From IMG/VR virus record IMGVR_UViG_3300009082_000018, positions 45,594-109,593 of that record: a stretch of 64,000 nt of DNA; one strand, written 5' to 3'. Below are positions 7,282 through 14,308 of the stretch, in pieces. The stretch is from a virus. The first letter of the stretch is position 1, and each line of letters begins with the position of its first letter. Made by a program: the position numbers and the translations under genes. The notes under the pieces were generated by a model. It saw only the letters and a list, made by a program, of their open reading frames with translations. It was not told where the DNA came from and made no database searches.

Positions 7282-7355
7282 GCTGCGATAGTGTAGGGGA
7301 CTCTGCACGGTGCTCTCCGAAAGCACAGGTCTGGGCTCGACTCCCAGTCGCAGCA
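7282..7355 (+). tRNA. tRNA-Arg(CCG)
   Basis: Loop ctCCGaa; T loop CTCGACT. Confidence 0.8.
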
Positions 7356-7357
7356 TT

Positions 7358-7430
7358 GGGCGGTTCTCCTAGCGGAATGGAACCTGACCTACACTCAGGA
7401 ATAATGGGGGTTCAACTCCCTCACCGCCCA
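7358..7430 (+). tRNA. tRNA-Val(UAC), C33
   Basis: Loop ccTACac. Confidence 0.8.
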
Positions 7431-7434
7431 TCAT

Positions 7435-7506
7435 CTGCCCATGGTCTAAAGGAAGGGCCCCTGACTACGGATCAGGTGCATGCAGGTTCGAGTCCTGCTG
7501 GGCAGG
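7435..7506 (+). tRNA. tRNA-Arg(ACG)
   Basis: Loop ctACGga. Confidence 0.9.
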
Positions 7507-7512
7507 CTACAC

Positions 7513-7587
7513 GCCGGGGTGGCGCAAATGGAAGATCGCTCCAGACTTAGGATCTGGCTGTTGAGGGTTCGAATCCCTTCCCCGGTA
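7513..7587 (+). tRNA. tRNA-Leu(UAG), no long V arm
   Basis: Loop ctTAGga. Confidence 0.85.
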
Positions 7588-7590
7588 CTT

Positions 7591-7664
7591 GGCAGCAGGG
7601 AGGAGAGGGACTCCTCACCGCTCTCATAAAACGGGAATTGCTGGTTCGATCCCAGCTGCTGCCA
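7591..7664 (+). tRNA. tRNA-CAU (elongator Met-like)
   Basis: Loop ctCATaa. Confidence 0.8.
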
Positions 7665-7667
7665 CGA

Positions 7668-7740
7668 GCCCTCGTAGCCCAAGAGGAAGCGGCATCGCCT
7701 TAAAAGCGATCAAGTGGGGGTTCGAGTCCCTCCGGGGGCA
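7668..7740 (+). tRNA. tRNA-Leu(UAA), no long V arm
   Basis: Loop ctTAAaa. Confidence 0.85.
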
Positions 7741-7743
7741 CAC

Positions 7744-7816
7744 CGAGGAGTAGGGCATTGGATGACCCGCTCGGATGGGGTCCGAGAGCAAGCTGGTTCG
7801 ATTCCAGTCTCCTCGA
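7744..7816 (+). tRNA. tRNA-Pro(GGG)
   Basis: Loop atGGGgt. Confidence 0.85.
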
Positions 7817-7825
7817 TCTTGATAT

Positions 7826-7899
7826 GCCAGGGTAGCCCAATCGGTAGTGGCACCAGCCCGAGGCGCTGGACAGTGTGGGTTCGAATCCCATCCCTGGTA
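7826..7899 (+). tRNA. tRNA-Leu(GAG), C33, no long V arm
   Basis: Loop ccGAGgc. Confidence 0.85.
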
Positions 7900-7903
7900 C
7901 TAT

Positions 7904-7978
7904 GGCGCGGTAGCCCAACTGGTAGGAGGCACCGGCCTCAAGCTCCGGACAGTGAGGGTTCGAATCCCTCTCGCGCTA
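7904..7978 (+). tRNA. tRNA-Leu(CAA), no long V arm
   Basis: Loop ctCAAgc. Confidence 0.85.
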
Positions 7979-8018
7979 CGACTTGTGAAAACGACCACGA
8001 TCTGCTATTGGTGCAATC

Positions 8019-8528
8019 ATGCAAACGCTCGTACTCGACCAAGGCTACCAGCCGATCAACACCGTCCCTTGGACCAAGGCGATGGGATACATCGCCCGTG
8101 GCAAGGTCGACGTGCTGGAGGAGTACGAGCAGGAGGTCCACTTCAACATGGGCATGCCGGCGGTGGTGAGGCTCAACCATCGCATCAGTGCCAGCAAGAA
8201 GAGGATCAAGTTCTCTCGTCAGAATGTGCTGGCGAGGGACAAGTTCAGTTGCCAGTACTGCGGCGCCCACGGACGTGACGTGGTTCTAACCTTCGATCAC
8301 ATCATCCCCAGGTCTCGGGGTGGTCGAACAGAGTGGGAGAACATCGTCATGGCCTGCCAGGAGTGCAATGCACGAAAGGCTGACCTGACGCTGAGAGAAT
8401 CGGGAATGCGTCTGCGGACGCAGCCTGTTCGACCGACGTGGGTGCCCACTTTCAACGTCGCTCTGCGGGATGCTGGCAACATCCCACCAGAGTGGCGGAA
8501 CTACTGGACAACAGAGCTGCAGCCGTAG
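8019..8528 (+). CDS. HNH endonuclease (McrA-like)
   Basis: RDKFSCQYCG...TFDHIIPRSRGG...NIVMACQECNARK. Confidence 0.92.
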   Translation: MQTLVLDQGYQPINTVPWTKAMGYIARGKVDVLEEYEQEVHFNMGMPAVVRLNHRISASKKRIKFSRQNVLARDKFSCQYCGAHGRDVVLTFDHIIPRSRGGRTEWENIVMACQECNARKADLTLRESGMRLRTQPVRPTWVPTFNVALRDAGNIPPEWRNYWTTELQP

Positions 8529-8591
8529 AACCTTGTCCGGAATACTTCCTTGTCCTCTACGTAGCGGACAGGGAGGAAAACCGGACAACTT

Positions 8592-8674
8592 GGAGGGTGC
8601 CGCCGGTTGGTTGGCAACACGGTTTGAACCCGTGGGTGGTCGCAAGGCTAGGGGTTCGACTCCTCCACCCTCCG
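8592..8674 (+). tRNA. tRNA-Ser(UGA)
   Basis: Loop ttTGAac; long V arm; G73. Confidence 0.85.
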
Positions 8675-8705
8675 CTCTTCCCGCCAAATCCTTCATGATT
8701 ATTTT

Positions 8706-8746
8706 TGATTCTTTTGCTTGACAAAGAATCATTCATAGGGATAATA
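8706..8746 (+). promoter_or_regulatory. Sigma70-like promoter with overlapping inverted repeat
   Basis: TTGACA 8718-8723, GATAAT 8740-8745; TGATTCTTT/AAAGAATCA inverted repeat. Confidence 0.65.
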
Positions 8747-8751
8747 GGATC

Positions 8752-8838
8752 ATGAGGGACCGACTGAGTTAGGTTATCAAACTCTCACTTTGATTGGGGC
8801 CTCTGGCCCCGCTCCTAGCTCAACAACTTGTTCCTCAT
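8752..8838 (+). ncRNA. Short Y RNA (YrlB/sbRNA-like)
   Basis: GAGGGACCGAC...AACAACTTGTTCCTC stem; GTTATC; upstream of Ro60. Confidence 0.75.
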
Positions 8839-8860
8839 GTTTTTTGATCTGAAAAGGAGA

Positions 8861-8993
8861 ATTGAGGGACCGACGATTTGGGTTACCTTGGACCTGTTGG
8901 GGCTGGTTCAATTCCAGCTCGGTCACTTAGGTGATCGATAGTGTAGAGGCAGCACAGCAGGAGTGTTCCCAGATCAACAACTTGTTCCTCAAT
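8861..8993 (+). ncRNA. YrlA-type Y RNA
   Basis: Same Ro-binding stem; internal GCTGG-TTCAATT-CCAGC T arm, acceptor-like stem, D arm. Confidence 0.85.
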
Positions 8994-9006
8994 CTTTATT
9001 GGCTGT

Positions 9007-9077
9007 GAGAGTGGACCGCTGATCTTGGGTTACCTTCTTTGGTGAACAACCCCAGGGTCGATCTTTTGTTCGCTCTC
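9007..9077 (+). ncRNA. Short Y RNA
   Basis: GAGAGTGGACCG...TTGTTCGCTCTC stem; GGGTTACC. Confidence 0.7.
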
Positions 9078-9103
9078 CTTTTGTTCGCCCATGGAGGTGG
9101 ACC

Positions 9104-10705
9104 GTGCAGAACTTCGGTGGCTCGTTCTCGACTGTTAGCACTCCGCAGACCCAGCCGACCCCGGGCAAGAACGAAATCAAGATGCGCTCCGGTGGCTACG
9201 GCTTCGCCGTGGATGACTGGGTGCGCCTCAACCGGTTTTTGATCATGGGCTCGGAGGGCGGAACCTACTACGCCTCGGAACGCGAGATGACCAAGGTCGC
9301 CAGCGATGCGGCCATGAGGCTGGTCAGACAGAATGGTGTGGCGGTGGTCAACCACGTCGTCGAGATCAGCCAGTCCGGTCGTGCGTTCAAGAACGATCCG
9401 GCGCTGTGGGTTCTGGCCATGGCATCGCAGCTCGGTGATCAGGCTACCAAAGAGCTGGCGTACAAGTCGCTGCCGTTGGTGGCACGCATCTCGACCCACC
9501 TGTTCCACTGGCTGCAGTACACCAAGGCCTTCGGGCACCAGGGAGGCAACGGCTTCAAGCGGGCAGTGGCACGATGGTACCTGGAGCAGACACCGGCTCA
9601 TCTGGCTCACCAGGTCGTGAAGTATCAGGCTCGTGATGGGTGGTCGCACCTGGACGCTCTTCGGATCGGTCACCCGACTCCGTCGGATGAGCTGTTCCAG
9701 GCAATCTTCCACTACGTCAAGCACGGCAGGACCAAAGATCTGTCGGCGGTTGCGGCGGTTCCGGAAGAGCTGACGCTCATCTGGGCGTGGGAGAAGATCA
9801 AAGAGGCAAAGAACGCCGATGAGGTCGCCAATCTGATCAGTGCTTTCAAGTTGCCGCACGAGTGCGTGCCGAACGAGTGGAAAGACCAGCAGGGGGTCTG
9901 GGGTGCGTTGTTGAACTCGATGGCACCGCACGCCATGCTGCGGAACCTGGGCAAGATGACCTCGGTGGGTCTGCTAGAGGGCAAGTCGGCGGCGGTGCAG
10001 AAGGTCGTGGACACGCTGACGGACATGGAGCGTCTGAAGAAGGCCAGGATGCACCCGATGTCGGTGCTGACTGCGTTGGCGGTCTACCGGACGGGCCGTG
10101 GCATCAAGGGCTCGCTGAGCTGGAACCCGAACCGTCGGGTGATCGACGCGCTCGATGAGGCCTTCTACCTGTCCTTCGGGACAGTGACGCCGACGGGCAA
10201 GCGGCTGCTTCTGGCCCTGGACGTATCAGGGTCGATGGGATCGCCGTGCGCTGGTTCTCCGCTGACCTGCAGGGAGGCGACGGCAGCCATGGCGATGGTC
10301 ACGGCACGGACGGAAGAGGACTACGAGATCGTCGGCTTCTGCGACAGCCTGAAGACGCTGAGCATCTCGCCGAAGCAGCGTCTGGATGACGTCGTGGAGT
10401 CGATCTCCCATCTGTCCTTCGGAGGCACGGACTGCAGCTTGCCGTTCCGTTGGGCGCAGTCCAAGCAGCAGAAGTTCGACGGTGTTATCACCTACACCGA
10501 CAATGAGAGTTGGGGAGGTCCAGTGAAGGTTCACCAGGCAATGCAGCAGTATCGCCAGAAGATGGGCACCACAACCAAGGGAGCCTTCGTGGCCTTTGCG
10601 GCCAATGAGTACTCGGTGGCAGACCCGGACGACGCGGGTCAGATGAACTTCGTGGGCCTGGACGCCAACCTGCCACAGGCGCTCTCCAGCTTCATTGGAG
10701 AGTAG
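9104..10705 (+). CDS. rsr: Ro60-related TROVE/vWA RNA-binding protein
   Basis: LNRFLIMGSEGGTYY, VKYQARDGWSH, MLRNLGKM, LALDVSGSM, GGTDCSLP, YTDNE; GGAGG SD. Confidence 0.95.
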   Translation: MQNFGGSFSTVSTPQTQPTPGKNEIKMRSGGYGFAVDDWVRLNRFLIMGSEGGTYYASEREMTKVASDAAMRLVRQNGVAVVNHVVEISQSGRAFKNDPALWVLAMASQLGDQATKELAYKSLPLVARISTHLFHWLQYTKAFGHQGGNGFKRAVARWYLEQTPAHLAHQVVKYQARDGWSHLDALRIGHPTPSDELFQAIFHYVKHGRTKDLSAVAAVPEELTLIWAWEKIKEAKNADEVANLISAFKLPHECVPNEWKDQQGVWGALLNSMAPHAMLRNLGKMTSVGLLEGKSAAVQKVVDTLTDMERLKKARMHPMSVLTALAVYRTGRGIKGSLSWNPNRRVIDALDEAFYLSFGTVTPTGKRLLLALDVSGSMGSPCAGSPLTCREATAAMAMVTARTEEDYEIVGFCDSLKTLSISPKQRLDDVVESISHLSFGGTDCSLPFRWAQSKQQKFDGVITYTDNESWGGPVKVHQAMQQYRQKMGTTTKGAFVAFAANEYSVADPDDAGQMNFVGLDANLPQALSSFIGE

Positions 10706-10708
10706 CTC

Positions 10709-10918
10709 ATGCCCCGCCGCCCAGAAGACCAACCGCAAACCCCACCTGAGGTCTTCACCGTCCGCCTGCAAGGTCAGGATGCGGCGGACTTCCGTCGTCT
10801 GCAATCAGCAGCTGCAGCTGAGGTCCCTCCAGGAGCCCGGCAGACTCGTCACAGCTTTGCTGTCTGGTTGCTGAAATTGGGGATGAAAGCGATCGAGACG
10901 GTCAAGCGGAAGCGCTAG
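10709..10918 (+). CDS. Small ribbon-helix-helix-like protein
   Basis: VFTVRL strand followed by two predicted helices; starts 3 nt after rsr stop. Confidence 0.55.
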   Translation: MPRRPEDQPQTPPEVFTVRLQGQDAADFRRLQSAAAAEVPPGARQTRHSFAVWLLKLGMKAIETVKRKR

Positions 10919-11041
10919 CTGTTGCTGCTGCCTAGGTCTCCAGCAGGTCCCACACCATCCCTAGAGATGACGTTTCCGTGCTCGTCCACGTCCACGTTCA
11001 GTGCTGGCAGCTCACCACTGCTGATGTAGTTTCCAATTCTC

Positions 11042-11311
11042 CTATGGTTTCTTTTCTGGCTCTCCCGATGGTGGTTCTGGCTCCTTTGGAGTCGGCACAG
11101 GCTTGGATACCTGAAAGACCTTGCACCGGACGGCTAGGAACAGCTCTCCTTCCTGCACACCAGTGATCCGCATTTTGGAATCGTTGTCAAGCTCGATCCT
11201 ATAGCTCTCCTGGTGCAGCATCTGATGGAAGATCGCCAGCAGCTGCTCAGACATCTGCTTCGGAGATAGGTTTCGTTTACCTGAACGAGGACGTTTTTGT
11301 TGTGCAGACAT
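11042..11311 (-). CDS. Hypothetical protein
   Basis: ORF at the end of the minus-strand operon. Confidence 0.55.
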   Translation of the reverse strand: MSAQQKRPRSGKRNLSPKQMSEQLLAIFHQMLHQESYRIELDNDSKMRITGVQEGELFLAVRCKVFQVSKPVPTPKEPEPPSGEPEKKP

Positions 11312-11939
11312 CTTTGATAGTCGCCGAAATCGCGTCCCAGTCCGGAACGGCAGTGGTTGGATCCCAGATCAGTCTGGAAACCTTTACAGCGTGTCCCCAA
11401 GGCATCAAGCCAGACTCAGCTTCTTGCAGGAGCTTCTGGTAGCCTTCGTTGAGTCGCTCGAGGTAGTCGATAGCCACAGCTGCCTCAGCCCCACGGTTCC
11501 GCTGTCGCATACGTTCGTATGCCGTCTTCGGCTGAACGTCAAGGAAGATCAGTTTGGTGGGTGGAAGAAGCTCGTGGCACATGACGTTGTAGCAGTACTC
11601 GTAGGTATCCCAGTCGAGCTGGTTGATGTTACCCATTGCAGTGTGCAGGCTGGCGAAGACTCGGTCACCGCTGAGAGAGCGATCGAGAATCGCGCCGGCA
11701 AAGGGCCCAACTCCCAGAGAGATGAGGGCAGCCATTTTCTGCATTGCGTACCTTCGATGCAAAAGGTAGATCTGCATTCCAAAGGCATAGGTCTTTGGGT
11801 CCTGGTAGAACTTCTCCAGGTATGGGTTGGTGTCGACTGGCTCTTCGATGACGGAGAAGTTGAGCCGCTTTCCGACTTCGCGGGAGAACGTGGTTTTTCC
11901 ACAGCCAATGATTCCTTCTACCCAGAGTAGAGGCTTCAT
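11277..11939 (-). CDS. Deoxynucleoside kinase
   Basis: VEGIIGCGKTT, EEPV, LDRS; ATG 11939 overlaps thyX stop. Confidence 0.9.
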   Translation of the reverse strand: MKPLLWVEGIIGCGKTTFSREVGKRLNFSVIEEPVDTNPYLEKFYQDPKTYAFGMQIYLLHRRYAMQKMAALISLGVGPFAGAILDRSLSGDRVFASLHTAMGNINQLDWDTYEYCYNVMCHELLPPTKLIFLDVQPKTAYERMRQRNRGAEAAVAIDYLERLNEGYQKLLQEAESGLMPWGHAVKVSRLIWDPTTAVPDWDAISATIKDVCTTKTSSFR

Positions 11940-12556
11940 GCCAATACCTCGCGGTAGTCTGCAAATACCTCGGGGCAGTTCTCGAGAAGGATGCGGCCGA
12001 TCATGATAGCAACCTCTCGCATCTGTGGGTGAGCCTTGGTCGACGTCCTCATCTTGAGGAAGTGGCGCCACTCACGCAGGTTTGCTGTCGCCACCAGCTC
12101 GGTCTTGAGGCAGGTGGGTAGGACAGAACGGGCGATCTCAGGCGGCACTCCCATGGTGATCATTCCGAGGTAGCTGTGTTCTGCCATGCGAATGGAGGCT
12201 ATCCACAGATCTCTAGTCTCCCCTGTGAGTCCTGGAGGCTCGATGACAGTGATCTCTCCCCCGAATTTGTCCTTGCCATAGTTGCAGTAGCGCGTCGACT
12301 CCTGCGAGTAGCTCATGAGCCTGTGTCGAACGAACTCGTGGCTCACGCCTCGGTCGCAGACCACCCTGAAACTGGCCCAGCCGTGTTCGATCACGGACTC
12401 GTGACCGCGCTCGAGAAGCATCTTCACGAACTTGGCTGCGCTCTCAGCTGTGATCTTGTCCTCGGACTTGTAGCAAGTCCGCCCGCACACCTCGATGAGC
12501 TTCTGGGCGTTGGGGATGATGAACTCCCGCTTGACTGACTGCCACACAATCTTCAT
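11936..12556 (-). CDS. thyX: FAD-dependent thymidylate synthase
   Basis: GHESVIEH, RHRLMSYSQESTRY, NLREWRHF. Confidence 0.95.
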   Translation of the reverse strand: MKIVWQSVKREFIIPNAQKLIEVCGRTCYKSEDKITAESAAKFVKMLLERGHESVIEHGWASFRVVCDRGVSHEFVRHRLMSYSQESTRYCNYGKDKFGGEITVIEPPGLTGETRDLWIASIRMAEHSYLGMITMGVPPEIARSVLPTCLKTELVATANLREWRHFLKMRTSTKAHPQMREVAIMIGRILLENCPEVFADYREVLA

Positions 12557-12765
12557 TGTGCTCCTCCTTGCAGGCACAGCAAGATGATTCCGAGGTTGGT
12601 CTTGTCGAACTGGTACGTATCACCAGATTCTTCTCGTACCTTTCTCAGATGTGCTATCAAGTCCTTGCTCTGCACTGCGTTCATCATCAAGATCGTTCTG
12701 ATCTTGTTGGTTTTAGCTGGCGGTGGTGTCGTCTTTGGCTTGATCTTGGGTGGCGTTTTCTGCAT
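12553..12765 (-). CDS. Hypothetical protein, K/P-rich N-terminus
   Basis: ORF overlapping both neighbours. Confidence 0.5.
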   Translation of the reverse strand: MQKTPPKIKPKTTPPPAKTNKIRTILMMNAVQSKDLIAHLRKVREESGDTYQFDKTNLGIILLCLQGGAQ

Positions 12766-13333
12766 TCAGCTCTCCCAGTAGCATGTGGTCGATCATCTTG
12801 TCGACTTGGTCTCGAAGAGCATCGAGAGACCCATTGTTGTCCAGCTCATAGTCCCAGTGCGGGTATCCATCCAAGGCGATCTCCGAATCATGTGTGTCCA
12901 TACTCGGATCGAATGGAACATCTCTTTTGCAACGAACCATGAAGCCGCCAAGATGCTTGATCGCCGCAGCCTCGTTGGAGAAGCGCAGATCGGTGACCAG
13001 AATCGAGGTGTGCTGGTCCTGCTGGACTCGCCGGACGAAGGTCTTCACCCAGATCTGGTCGTCGATCACTTTCCGCATGGCTTCAGTGCCGGCGTACTGC
13101 AGGGCCCAGCGCGGTGTGAATCCCCAATATGGATCAGGAATGCCTTTGAGGTCACCGTAGAGTTGCTCATCGTTGAAGCCGAAGACAACCCTGCACATTT
13201 CCTTCAGGGAGTAGGCGAAGGCGTCGTGGCGCACTTTCATGCCCCTTGTTTGCAGGTTCTCAAAGGCCATGGCTGCTGCTGTGTCTTTGCCTCTGCACCT
13301 TTTATGGCCGAAGCCGATGATCAATCGTCTCAC
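12713..13333 (-). CDS. Deoxynucleoside monophosphate kinase
   Basis: GHKRCRGKDT P-loop, FAYSLKE, TPRWALQYAGTE, TDLRFSNE; GTG with GAGGAG SD. Confidence 0.88.
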   Translation of the reverse strand: MRRLIIGFGHKRCRGKDTAAAMAFENLQTRGMKVRHDAFAYSLKEMCRVVFGFNDEQLYGDLKGIPDPYWGFTPRWALQYAGTEAMRKVIDDQIWVKTFVRRVQQDQHTSILVTDLRFSNEAAAIKHLGGFMVRCKRDVPFDPSMDTHDSEIALDGYPHWDYELDNNGSLDALRDQVDKMIDHMLLGELNAENATQDQAKDDTTAS

Positions 13334-13343
13334 AATGATCTCC

Positions 13344-13829
13344 TCAGAATGTGATATCGTCGCCTTCGAACAGGATATCGATCTGATTATCCTTGAAGTG
13401 CTTGACTTCGTCTTCGTCGTACACAGTTCTCGACAACGCATCCGCTTCGGTGTTCTTTTCTCTGGGAATCCACTGGAAGGTGACACCCCGACCGTAACGA
13501 GCCTTGGCTTTGATCACCATTTCGTGAAGAGGAACCAATTTCTCGTCACGGCATTCCCAGGTACCGCTACACTGGTTCACGATGAGCTGTGAATCTGACT
13601 TGATAATGACGGGTTGTCTTTTCCCCACAGGAAGCTTGATCAACCACAGCATGGCCGCAATCACGGCATGGTATTCTCCGATATTGTTGGTTGCCAGAGC
13701 ACCTCCTTTGACCGAGATACCGGCCTCTTGGTGTACTAGGTTCTGTCCGTTTTTGACGATGAAGGCCCAAGACACAATGCCGCCTGGGTTGAACGGCTCA
13801 ATTGAGCTGTCAGTGTTGATGAACAACAT
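13344..13829 (-). CDS. Ribonuclease HI-like
   Basis: NTDSS..NPG, TNNIGEY, DSQLIVNQ, WIPREKNTEADALS. Confidence 0.9.
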   Translation of the reverse strand: MLFINTDSSIEPFNPGGIVSWAFIVKNGQNLVHQEAGISVKGGALATNNIGEYHAVIAAMLWLIKLPVGKRQPVIIKSDSQLIVNQCSGTWECRDEKLVPLHEMVIKAKARYGRGVTFQWIPREKNTEADALSRTVYDEDEVKHFKDNQIDILFEGDDITF

Positions 13830-14050
13830 CTAATCCTCTTCTCCCTCGTCGAAGCTATCCGGGTCTTTCTCCTTGAATGGCTTCTGCAGGCACCAGTAGA
13901 AGTCGACACACGGAGGTCTCGTCCCACCACCAGAGCAGATGCTCATCAGCAGGAGGCGCCACGGTCTCTTCAAGTAGAATCGGCAGTAGGACTTGACATT
14001 CGCCAGGCCACCTTCCTTGTGCGACAGCTTTGGGATGTCGCCCAGATCTT

Positions 14051-14299
14051 CTACTGGGCTTCCGGCCAGCTTCCCTTTTCCAGCCTTTCGTAGCTCTGGT
14101 GTCGGATGTTCTGGTGGAAGTACTTCCCCGATGACTCCGCATTCAGGATCTCTTCCATCTCGTGTGCTAGATCCGGATAGCGGTACATCTCCCCGTTCCT
14201 GAACTGGACGATCAGGAAGTCGTCCTTTGTCCCCACGGCGGATAAATTGGAAGACCTTACCTCGACCCATTGATCAACCTCAAAGTCTGGATGGCTCAT
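14051..14299 (-). CDS. KTSC-domain protein
   Basis: VRSSNLSAVG...VQFRNGEMYRY...AESSGKYFHQNIR. Confidence 0.85.
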   Translation of the reverse strand: MSHPDFEVDQWVEVRSSNLSAVGTKDDFLIVQFRNGEMYRYPDLAHEMEEILNAESSGKYFHQNIRHQSYERLEKGSWPEAQ

Positions 14300-14308
14300 A
14301 GTTTGATC

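Noticed and set aside
4109-8278. Numerous 60-176 aa ORFs across the tRNA array
   Set aside because: Shadow frames over tRNA cloverleaves; no protein motifs
4024-8674. Stop-codon reassignment
   Set aside because: No CUA/UCA/UUA suppressor anticodon; conserved genes are intact and end in TAG, TGA or TAA
8752-9077. Repeated GGACCG...TTGTTC units as a mini-CRISPR array
   Set aside because: The ends pair with each other as Y RNA stems, inserts are structured and variable in length, and no cas genes are present
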